Positions 20,101 to 29,737 of a stretch of DNA of 64,000 nt are shown in pieces. The position numbers and the translations under genes are program-made. Below the pieces are notes generated by a model. The model worked only from the letters and a program-made list of their open reading frames with translations, was not told the DNA's origin and searched no databases. The stretch is from Raillietiella orientalis (lineage: Eukaryota). The first letter of the stretch is position 1, and each line of letters begins with the position of its first letter. The DNA lies in assembly GCA_036172245.1 (NCBI GenBank), contig JAYWIR010000007.1, forward strand, positions 930,001 through 994,000, in the 5' to 3' direction.

Positions 20101-20500
20101 CTCGATGGCCGTGAGTGGGAAAACCTTCGTCCTCCAGAGAAGGCGAATCGAGTGGGGCTCGGGTTCCATAACGGCCCATTCGTTATCTCGAGAAGCGCGG
20201 CCGAAAAGGGAAAGGGAGAGAGCCAACACGTGCAAGGGCGGTTGCCTCGGGAGCACGCCTCGAGTTCCTGCCAGGATGCAGAGGGTTTCCGTTTCCGTTG
20301 GGTCAGGTGCCGCGGAGTTTTTATGCCCTAATAGCTTCGAACAAAAGCAGAAGGAAAGGGACGCGCTGCTGCCACAGAGCAGTCCAGGAGACCCGCCGAA
20401 CTCGCTTCTTGTTGCCGCCGCCGCAGAAGCCGCCTGATCGCACTCTGTGTGCGCTCCGCCGCCATTCCACGTCCGTCGCCTGGGGAGGAGACCGAGACGT
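17141..20500 (+). mobile_element. Degenerate L1/Tx1-like LINE on the plus strand, interrupted by a PRMT7 fragment
   Basis: ORF1-like pieces (PASFATS near 17215; WIEVTDPSMARRVAGEGGLSL at ~17786-17850), APE-like KDRIDR...RHHILGV (~19195-19260), and QVLRHPGV plus PPASQERGGLG...AWRAVWIYR (19790-19935, cf. the L1 P...GGLG motif). GC-rich with many frameshifts; ends uncertain. Confidence 0.45.
17881..18229 (+). pseudogene. PRMT7: Intronless fragment of protein arginine methyltransferase 7 (C-terminal module) with a 1-nt frameshift
   Basis: Translates to LKAGKFNLHHFDHL/IHKACDSCDPLIEAQPLWEYKTLALSEPTLLLNCDL...GIALWMECLF...LSTGPI...WNMHYKQGVFFFP. This matches PRMT7 C-terminal motifs (xPLWEY, LSEP, LWME, LSTG, WNxHxKQxVxFF). 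Frameshift near 17920; no start or stop; AT-rich island in GC-rich flanks. Confidence 0.85.
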
Positions 20501-20941
20501 CGTGGGGCCGGTGGTTCGTTCTTCCGTCCCGAAGCAGTAGCCCCAACTTCCCACAGCGATTCTAGCCCTCCCGGAAGCCGTAGCTGTTAGACTACGAGCG
20601 CAAGAGAGGTGGACAAGGTCAACCCGGGTCCGGTGGCTGGATGGAGAGGCCGCTGCGTCTGCGCTCCTCTTCCCACTTGTCCCTCCATTTTGTTGGCCTT
20701 TTTTTTTTTTTTTTTTTTTGCGTGTTCCGAAGGCGCAGGTGCGTGCATGGCTGCGAGGCGTTCCTCTTCCGCAGGTGCCCGTCGACTCCGCGCTGAAGGA
20801 AAGCGGTTTGTTTGCTCACGAGCATTGCTTATGGTAATCGCAGCATCTTTTTTCTCTTCTTGAAGGAGAGAGAGAAAGGAAGAGAAGATTTACTTGGTAT
20901 CCTTCACGATTTTACAAGCCTCAACGCCGATGGTTCGCTTC

Positions 20942-21200
20942 TCATAACAGGGACCGCATACAAACTTTAATGATCTTGCGGACATTCTTCTGCACGCACC
21001 GATGAAGACTCTCGAATGTTCCAAGCGAATGAGCTACCAAATTTGTACCAGGATGTGCCCTACCCGACGGCATCGCGATGACTCTTGGCTTCGAGCTCAA
21101 CAGAATATCTTTGAAGCTTTGAAGCGTGAACATCTCTTTCCCATGGGAGTATTCCAATTTACGACACATACAACTTTTCTCGGTTCAACGAAGTGGTGAT
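20942..21200 (-). mobile_element. Possible Ty3/gypsy pol relic (RT/RNase H connection fused to integrase zinc finger)
   Basis: Minus-strand frames give EPRKVVCVVNWNTP (cf. DPxKVxAVxNWPxP), QSFKDILLSSKP (cf. FxxLKxxLxSxP) and AHPGTN...VQKNVRKIIKVC (cf. integrase HHCC GHPG...DVRxxIKxC). All are short and degenerate. Confidence 0.4.
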
Positions 21201-22651
21201 CAAGGCACCATTGCAAATATATATATATATATGACTTTGATGCTTTGTTGAAATATGAGTGTGTAGACGTAGAGATATCCTGTTGATAGGATGTCGACGT
21301 CAGAGCCAACGCAAAATGCGGAAGCTAATTTGTACTCGCTTATTTATTTTTATTTTTTTTCAGCGAAAGTGGCACCACTGTATTGGTCAGGCAGAACGTG
21401 GACTCATGAACGTATCTCCGGTTCATCATCACGCAGTCGGCTGATCTCCCTGTCGAAGAGTTATCTCCGGGTCTACGGCTCATATCACGATCGTTGGTGG
21501 AAGATCGCGTTGCCAGCTAAACACCGTTCCCATGGATGCTCGTCGTGTCGCTGGCATGTCGTCGCCTCTTCCTCGTGTACTAGCTCATTCGTTTGAGACA
21601 GAATCCTCCGGCTATGCCACGATGGTCTGTAGCATGAGCGCTTGGTGTGTGGTAGGATTCACTTCTGCCATTCGGAAACTTTGAGCTGCCAACGAACGTT
21701 TTTCGATTTGCTCTTTGCAAAGAGTGGTCGTCTCCAACGCGTGATCGTTTCCTTCTCCATGCACTGATGACGTCACTGGCAAATGACTTGATGAAGGGAA
21801 GAGGTAGGCTGTCAGATGGAGAGCATCGGAAAATTGGTCCGCAATGGATGCGAATCGGAATTTCAAGGAATCACAGCTGGAAGTTGGAAATCCTATGATG
21901 GACCTCCAGTCAAAAAAGGTGACTCAGCGACAGCACATTTTTATTTTTTTTGTGAATAAAAAGTCGATCGCAATCGAGATGAACTGATCGCAGGGGGGTT
22001 AGCAGTCCGAGACTGTCGTCATCGAATCACTTAACTCGGCGATAATCGCTTCATTTACGCGCATCGCTATCTTCGCCTCCTCACTCGCGTTTCTATGGCT
22101 TCGCCTGTTTCCATCTCGACCCGATGGGGAGCCGCTCGCATGCAGATGCTCACTGAAACACACTCCCCTGGCATCTCAGCAACACCCCGCCCATCTCCAG
22201 TCCAAGAGAAAAGAGATATCTCTCTCTCTCTCTGTGCGAGTTCGCGGCAGCAAAAGCAGACTCGACGAAGCTGATTGCATAATTATCTCACGAAGAGGAT
22301 GCCTCCGCGAGCAAGCGAATCCGAATACGCAGTGGAGCTATTTAAATTAGAATTAGGAATGGCGCCTTCAATATGGGTGTAGCTGCACGTCAAAATCTTT
22401 CCCGCGATCCTAAATGCTATTTTATTTTGTCTTTTTCTCCTTACGATTTCCCACCAGGCCAGTCACCCTGAAAAATCGGGAACCCTTCCCCCCCTCCTCC
22501 CCCCAGTTAACAATTTGTGAATGAAATACCTCTCTGCCTTGCCCACTGAGGTACGTGGCGGAAAAATGAAAGAGCCGCGTGCGCGCCCTGGCAAACTGAA
22601 TCCCCCCCCCCCGGACTGTGTGATTTGCACAGAAATGTGCCCACACCCATT

Positions 22652-22686
<35 letters not shown>

Positions 22687-22690
22687 CAGC
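22652..22690. repeat. (AGC)n trinucleotide microsatellite
   Basis: About 13 units with one interruption. Confidence 0.95.
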
Positions 22691-22737
22691 CTGATCACGA
22701 GGTGCCCGCAAGGCAGCCACATGCAGAATGAGTGGGC

Positions 22738-23790
22738 AAAAAAATGCTGAATCGGGTCTGGAGTTTCCAGCAGGCTCCCCCCCCCCCCCCACTGCGCGAT
22801 TTGCAAGCATGCACGTCGTCGTCGTCATCATGATGATGATGATGAGTTTCCCGCGAGAAAGGCACAATGAATATACGTGTGGGCGAGAGAGGGGTGGAAT
22901 AAAATGCTGACTGGGGTCTGGAGTTTGCAACAGGCTCCCCCCCCCCACTGCGCGATTTGCAAGCATGCACGTCGTCGTCGTCATCATGATGATGATGATG
23001 AGTTTCCCGCGAGAAAGGCACAATGAATATACGTGTGGGCGAGAGAGGGGTGGAATAAAATGCTGACTGGGGTCTGGAGTTTGCAACAGGCTCCCCCCCC
23101 CCACTGCGCGATTTGCAAGCATGCACGTCGTCGTCGTCATCATGATGATGATGATGAGTTTCCCGCGAGAAAGGCACAATGAATATACGTGTGGGCGAGA
23201 GAGGGGTGGAATAAAATGCTGACTGGGGTCTGGAGTTTGCAACAGGCTCCCCCCCCCCACTGCGCGATTTGCAAGCATGCACGTCGTCGTCGTCATCATG
23301 ATGATGATGATGAGTTTCCCGCGAGAAAGGCACAATGAATATACGTGTGGGCGAGAGAGGGGTGGAATAAAATGCTGACTGGGGTCTGGAGTTTGCAACA
23401 GGCTCCCCCCCCCCACTGCGCGATTTGCAAGCATGCACGTCGTCGTCGTCATCATGATGATGATGATGAGTTTCCCGCGAGAAAGGCACAATGAATATAC
23501 GTGTGGGCGAGAGAGGGGTGGAATAAAATGCTGACTGGGGTCTGGAGTTTGCAACAGGCTCCCCCCCCCCACTGCGCGATTTGCAAGCATGCACGTCGTC
23601 GTCGTCATCATGATGATGATGATGAGTTTCCCGCGAGAAAGGCACAATGAATATACGTGTGGGCGAGAGAGGGGTGGAATAAAATGCTGACTGGGGTCTG
23701 GAGTTTCCAGCAGGCTCCCCCCCCCCCCCCCCACTGCGCGATTTGCAAGCATGCACGTCGTCGTCATCATCATCATCGTCATGATGATGG
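22738..23790 (-). repeat. 156-bp tandem array (~6.7 units) built from the 7SL RNA 3' end, T-tract and downstream flank
   Basis: Marker TTGCAAGCATG recurs at 22801, 22957, 23113, 23269, 23425, 23581 and 23743 (period 156; last 162 from a longer C-run). The five units 22801-23580 appear identical. Each contains (minus strand) GAGCCTGTTGCAAACTCCAGACCCCAGTCAGCATTTT versus the 7SL end GGGCCTGTTCGAAACTCTAGACCCGATTCAGCTTTTTT. Confidence 0.97.
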
Positions 23791-23870
23791 TTGCGAGGAG
23801 TTCCCCGCGAGGAAGGCGGCGGCACATGCAGCAGAATGGGTGTAGGCGAGCGGCGGGCAAAAGGAAGAAG

Positions 23871-23876
23871 AAAAAA
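23871..23876 (-). terminator. RNA polymerase III terminator (T6) of the 7SL gene
   Basis: T6 run immediately after the 7SL 3' end on the minus strand. Confidence 0.85.
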
Positions 23877-24173
23877 GCTGAATCGGGTCTAGAGTTTCGA
23901 ACAGGCCCTCACTTACGGCTTGCTCACGGTTGCGATCCCACTACTGCTGGACTCGGAAGCTTTAAGCTGCTGAGTTTCCCCCCTGGCCCGGTTCGCTTCT
24001 CTTTAAGCAACCTGGACACGGGCGGCTCCCCGTCCGTGCCCATATTGAAGCCGAGCTTAGTGCGGACATCCGATCTACACACAACCGCAACTGAGAGAAC
24101 CCCTGTCCTCACACCATCCACCGATTCATACCTCCAAGTGGCTGGATTACAGGAGCACGCCACTGCTCCCAGT
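23877..24173 (-). ncRNA. 7SL: 7SL signal recognition particle RNA (metazoan SRP RNA), ~297 nt
   Basis: Minus strand starts ACTGGGAGCAGTGGCGTGCTCCTGTAATCCAGCCACTTGGAGG (Alu domain). It contains GATCGGATGTCCGCACTAAGCTCGGCTTCAATATGG, helix 6 GGGCACGGACGG-GGAG-CCGCCCGTGTCC, helix 8 CAGG-GGG-GAAA-CTC-AGCAG and CAGTAGTGGGATCGC, all colinear with metazoan 7SL. Pairing is preserved by compensatory changes; length and T-tract are as expected. Confidence 0.96.
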
Positions 24174-24320
24174 GGCGGATTCCGCCTTCCGCGCCGTATT
24201 CATGAATCGCGTTCGCCCCGTCGCACGGCGACAGCCGCCGCCGCGCTGCCGGGGCGCGCGTAGCGGCGAGCCGGTGCCGCCGCAGTCTTCCTCTCCTGCT
24301 GAAGCGAGACGGCTGGCGGC

Positions 24321-25769
24321 ATGGACGCGCGCCCCGACCGCGAGGGAAGCCACGGCGTGCCCACCGAGTCGCCCGACGATCTGTGCGGCAGGGTCCTCGC
24401 GATCCAGAGCCACGTCGTCCACGGATATGTGGGCAACAGGTGTGCCGTGTTCCCTTTGCAAGTAAGGTGCTGCTTTTTGTCGTTTGCGGGCTCGTACCGG
24501 GCGTGCACGCACACGTGTGTATGTGCACCCCACCCCCCCAACCACCCCCTTTCCAAGCGGGTGGGCTTCTCCGGGAACTGAAGGCTTCTCGATTAGATTT
24601 TAGGTTTTGATGTGGACGCAATCAATACTGTACAGTTTTCGAATCATACTCAGTACCCCGTGTGCAAAGGACAAGTGCTGTCTGGTGCTGAATTAGGTAG
24701 GTTGTTTTTTCAAAGGGAAAAAAAAAAAAAAAAGATTGTACCTTGCACGCATCCGTTTGTTTTCTGTGGTTAACTGTGCTTTGTATTTCAGAGGATCTTA
24801 TTGAAGGTCTTCGCAGCAATCATTTGTGCAATTACACTCACATAATAATTGGGTACATGGGATGTGAGTCAGCCTTAAAAGCAGTGCATGAATTCGTCGT
24901 ATACATTAAAAAGAACTTTCCTCACGTTATCTTTGGTACGAAATCATTTATAAATTATTTACTGAATCAACAAAAAAGCTGGAAGTACTTGAAACCATGT
25001 CTTCGCCTTTGAAATGCATTCATTTTTCCGAATGAGTGGATTACCTGGACGTTTTTTCAGTTTGTGATCCCGTTATGGGCGATGATGGAAGGATGTATAC
25101 TTCGCCAGACGTCTTGCCAGTGTACAAAGATGATCTCTTACCTTTAGCAGACATTTTAATCCCAAATCAATTTGAAGCTGAGTAAGTTGAACATTATGTG
25201 TACTTCTTTAATGATATGTGCAAGACTTCTTTCAGATATGAAAATACATAGTTTGAAAGATGCAAAGACTGTGATCGATTATTTTCACGAAAAAGGTGCT
25301 GGAATAGTGATTTTATCCAGCATTAAGCTTAATTCTGAGACATCCCTGACTGCAGTGGCTAGCAGTTGCATAGGTATTTTGCAATTTTTCGTGGAAACCT
25401 CTACTGTGTTAATTTGTCATAGATTCAAAAAAAAATCAAATCCAAATAGAATTCCCATATTTAAATGCCCAGTTCACTGGAACAGGTGATTTGTTTTCTG
25501 CATTGTTTTTGGCATGGATAACTCGTACTGATGGAGATTTGAAAATGTCTTTGGAAATTACTGTTTCTACCATGCAAGATGTGCTGCAACGTACCTTGAA
25601 TTTCGTAGAAAGTAAGCAATCCCACAATTCATAACATTTGCGTCAACGTTTAGTAGACAAAGACGCTTCAAGACCTGAAAATATGGAGCTCAGGATCATT
25701 CAAAGCAAAGCTGATCTGATTTCACCTAGAATTCACTTAACTGCTACCCCATTTGTGGTAGAAAGTTGA
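24321..25769 (+). CDS. PDXK: Pyridoxal kinase (7 exons)
   Basis: Exons 24321-24461, 24597-24696, 24792-24935, 25061-25181, 25225-25373, 25423-25611 and 25657-25769 splice in frame. Motifs [64 protein letters not shown]. Confidence 0.96.
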
Positions 25770-26093
25770 AGCAACAGGATGAGCAGACATCAGAATTTAG
25801 AAAACTTGAAAATACAAAATAATTTCACATGAATAATCATTTCTTTATTATTTTATGATTTTTTTAATACTCTTATTTTAGTAAGTAGATCTCTAAGCAT
25901 TGCTTGCATACGATTATTCGATTGCTACACATGTACATTGCACCTACAACATAAGAGTTCATGTGGAATATCTTTCTGATAGATTACAGAGCACTAGTAA
26001 TAAACGACTACATCCATCTTACAAAAATATCATTGGGAAACGGATCACAGATAAAAGCATTGCACTTCATAAAAACTGGACGGTGAAATTGAT

Positions 26094-29000
26094 TTACACC
26101 AGACTTTGAGAAAGAACCTGAACAGATGCTGAACCTAAAGCTACATCTGGTACATGATTACATGGAGATGAATCGCTGTACTGAGTAAGAACATGTGTGT
26201 AGCAACCAGAGGGTGCTGAAGGAAGGTCTGATGCCTTCCAGAGGGCTTTCTGCACATGCAATAAAATAAGCAACAGTTAATGCAACAATAACTTACCTCT
26301 AAAATCTGCACCACAGTATCTGGCATGTTGAAATCCCTAACCACCCTTAAAGCCAAAAGCCTCTGCACTTCATTATGAGTAATCAAAGGCATAGACATGA
26401 TGTACTTAATTTGAAGAGATTGGTTGAGCTGCTTCAGGTGCTCAATCATTTTCTCCATTACTTGCTTATCAGCATCTGAAGTAGCAATGAAAGTATCATA
26501 TTAATCAAGGCAGCTGTTGTCTCAACCTGGAAGATTTCCAAGGAAGACATTATTAACTCCTTCGAAATACTTCCACTTTTTCTTATTATCTGTCATATAC
26601 AAAGTATCAGGTATAAAAGAATGTACTGCCCACTGCTTATGATCTTGATGCTCCTCCAAATCAGCAGCAAGCATACTCTATGCATCCATAAGTAGGTATT
26701 GTTGATTCTTGATCATTACCTTTATTTCCTCCCAGTACGGCACAAACAAACGTGGCCTAACATATGACTCGTTGTGTTGCTTCTTAATCCACAAATCTTT
26801 GTGAGGACCAAAACTAATTCTGTCAGTTAAAGATCGGCACAGCAACTCTTGCTTGATGGTCATATTCTCAGTACTAATGGGAAGAATGTGATCCAGACGA
26901 ACATATGGCAACAAATCTGATAAAAATTGCTGCAATTCCGCTTCGTTCAATTCCTTCCTACATGCTCCTTTCTTGCTGACCGAATGTACAGTGTTCATAA
27001 TTACATTTGGTTCTATGTATTACATTAGTGCATTTTTCATAAACTAGCCTAACAAAACATACCCCTCATTTCCATCTGCTTGGCCAGCTGGTTTTCACTC
27101 CATTTAATTACTGATTGTAAGATTTGCAATTCACTTGCCTGAAAAATGTAACAAATAAATAGCACCACAAATGTCTTTGCTGAACCACATATTGAAATAT
27201 CAGGATATCTTGGACAATTTTTCATGAATAAAATCCATACCATGAGCTTTTTGAGGAAAAATATTTATAGGAAGTTTAAAATATTCATTTATTTTTTAAA
27301 ATTTACATTGTCCCATGAGATTTTCTTTTGGGTCCCCTTATTGGATGTTTCTCATGATGGATTATGAAAAGCATTAATACCCTTTCTTGTTTCATACAAC
27401 AGAAACAAGATTTCTTTTGATGCTTAGGAATACTCTAAAATTATGACTACGATGATGCTAGCAAAATTAGAACAGAAATATTGTAGCGACACACATTTCA
27501 TGACTTGACAAAGATCACACTGTACTTCACGAACGTAATCTACAATGCTTTTAGATCCCCCTAAATGCATTTCACAACCAATTGGAAACACGTCTTTCAA
27601 CTCTAATAGGTGTAGAAAGTGTAGTTCCCCACACTGCTTGGAATTGAATTACATCTTATCAAAACAAGTAACGCATGAATTGAAATGATTAAAATCCCAT
27701 TCAATTGCTCTGTCATTAAAATCAGTGCTAAAAAAACCCATCAGTATCAATACACAGTTAAATTTGGGTATATTCAATTTTTTGAGCCTACCTGTAAATG
27801 ATCAGATTCAAGAAGCTTGGTTAGCTCTTTTTGTGGTAAATCTAAAAAAGATGGAGTTTCAATGAATGCTTGAAATTCTTCCCTGAGAAAATTCATCACT
27901 TGTCTATAGACCCAGGTTGAGCCATGAGACTGACAACTCCAATTCAAAATTTGAATCACAGTATCAAATGATAAGTATTTCACAATTAAATCTTCACAGC
28001 TTTGTGATAAGGCATCGAATTCTAAAAACTGACCAATTTGGTAAAGTTCCATTGCTTCTTCAACATATTCCAAAGAATTCTTCTCATTGTGTTTTATGAG
28101 ATTTCCAACATAAGAAGAGTGAATGTTGGACGTGATGATGTATTTCAGGTCAACAATATCTAAATACAATGCTTGCAATAAAACTTGGGCATATTTGGGG
28201 GGCAAGATGTTATTGTCAAGAACAATTCGAACAATGTTTTTGCATTCATTATTAGATTTTTGCCTTCTTTGTATGAGATTTCTTAAAAAAGGAGATCGTG
28301 CACACAGGATAGATTTATGGCATAATAATTCTAAATGCTTGTTGAAACCATATTCAGAATTGCTCTCTGAAATATTTGAGGAAGTAGCATCTTTCATTTC
28401 AGATGTGAACACTAGAACACAGTCAGCATATTCGCTGGTACAGAGCAAGTGTTTCAGATCCCGTACAAGAGCATCCTTATGTCCAAATTCTTCCCCTAAC
28501 TGTCTTAAAATCTCTTTAAGCTCTTCCTGAGTTTCTTGCAATTCCACTTCACCTGTATATAAATACTTCAGAAAAGTTGCAAATAATGTTTTGCTTACGT
28601 TAAAACGATTTGCACACTTTATTTCTACATGAATCTGAATGTTGTGACCATGATAATTCTTTAAAATATTGCGAAAATAAAAGCATCGTGCACTTAGAAT
28701 TGCACGATGGACTGGAAAACAGGTGTTCTCGAAAAACAGCTCAACATCCGTACAATACTTTTTTTTGAAAAGATTGTCCAAATCCTTGCTGATCGAATTG
28801 ATTCCTGGTCTTGCAACATCTGCATGATATGCCAGCATCTTTAAGGCTGCTAAAGCTTCATATTGTTGCAACAAAACATACAGTTCGGCTTTTGTCCATT
28901 CCGACACAAACTCACGGATGATCTTGCCGTGATCTAAACTTCTGGACATGTGTTTAAATTTAATCAACTTTTTTCGTAGCGTGGTAAGTCCAAGGATTTT

Positions 29001-29186
29001 TTTCCTCTTTTCCCTGAAGAGAGTACATATAAATATGTGCTTCCTCTTTTGAAACGAAAATGCCTACCTATTACGCAGTTCATAAAAATCCTGCTTGTTG
29101 TTTACCCTCGGGAAGTCGTAACTTTTTTCCAAAGCAGGGGATGATATGGATTTGCGAAGAATTTGAGAAGACAAGTAATTGCCCAT
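26094..29186 (-). CDS. BTBD7: BTB/POZ and BACK domain protein BTBD7 homologue
   Basis: ATG 29186 gives MGNYLSS (myristoylation-type N-terminus). KILGLTTLRKKLI, two BTB domains (FPVHRAILSARC; LCHKSILCARSPF), QASELQILQSVIKW, LLPYVRLDHILP, YVRPRLFVPYWEE, LRVVRDFNMPD and VPDVA follow across GT-AG exons, including 29186-29068, 29013-27792, 27138-27063 and 27012-26720. TAA at 26096-26094. Confidence 0.9.
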
Positions 29187-29737
29187 GCTCACATCACATT
29201 TAAATAATCACAAGATGGAAACTATCTGCATCGAGTCTTGCACTAGAACCACAAACATCAACCGACGGCGGGCCTGGAGACGGTGGAAGAGACACGATCA
29301 GTTCATGGGCATGCAACCTTTTTTTTTTTTTTTTTTTTGGTTCCTTCTTCAAGTCACTCAAACATTGCTCTCCATGATGAACGTGCTACATATTTACCAT
29401 CGACTCGTGGACGATCGTAAACACCGGAGCTTTTCCACTTTGGTGCTCGGTTCCGTCCAAAGATGGCAGGGCCACCGCTCCGCTTTGGCGGTTATTCGAT
29501 TTGCGGTGAAAGATAACGAGGCTTCGTAACGTCGGTGATTGTTGTGGTGGTGTCGTTGGTTCTTTTGTGGTGATGTTGATCTGCAGTGATGCTTTCTTTC
29601 GTGCAGATTTCCATAATGTGAAGAGTGAAAAGGCACTGTAAATACTTTTAGTTGCACAAATCGCAGACTCTGAATTCGAAAAGCCAAGCATTTGTTGTTT
29701 CCGCCTATGGGTGTTCGCATGTAAATGCATTAGAGCC
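29187..29737. promoter_or_regulatory. Probable bidirectional promoter between BTBD7 and the G2E3/PHF7-like gene
   Basis: Only 551 bp separate the two divergent start codons, and the stretch is locally CpG-richer than the gene bodies. Inferred from geometry only. Confidence 0.6.

Noticed and set aside
16822..20179. Long GC-rich ORFs (345 aa at 16822-17859; 332 aa at 19181-20179) as genes
   Set aside because: Arg/Gly/Pro-rich translations overlap on both strands, as expected from stop-poor GC-rich decayed element DNA.
22738..23790. CRISPR-like array
   Set aside because: Units are identical along their whole length with no unique spacers, there are no cas genes, and the context is eukaryotic.
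22463..23860. 465-aa and 376-aa repeat ORFs, one with HHHHHDDDDD units
   Set aside because: They are open only because the 156-bp unit is a multiple of 3 and lacks stops in those frames. They begin just behind a Pol III terminator and derive from 7SL flank sequence; there is no evidence of coding function.
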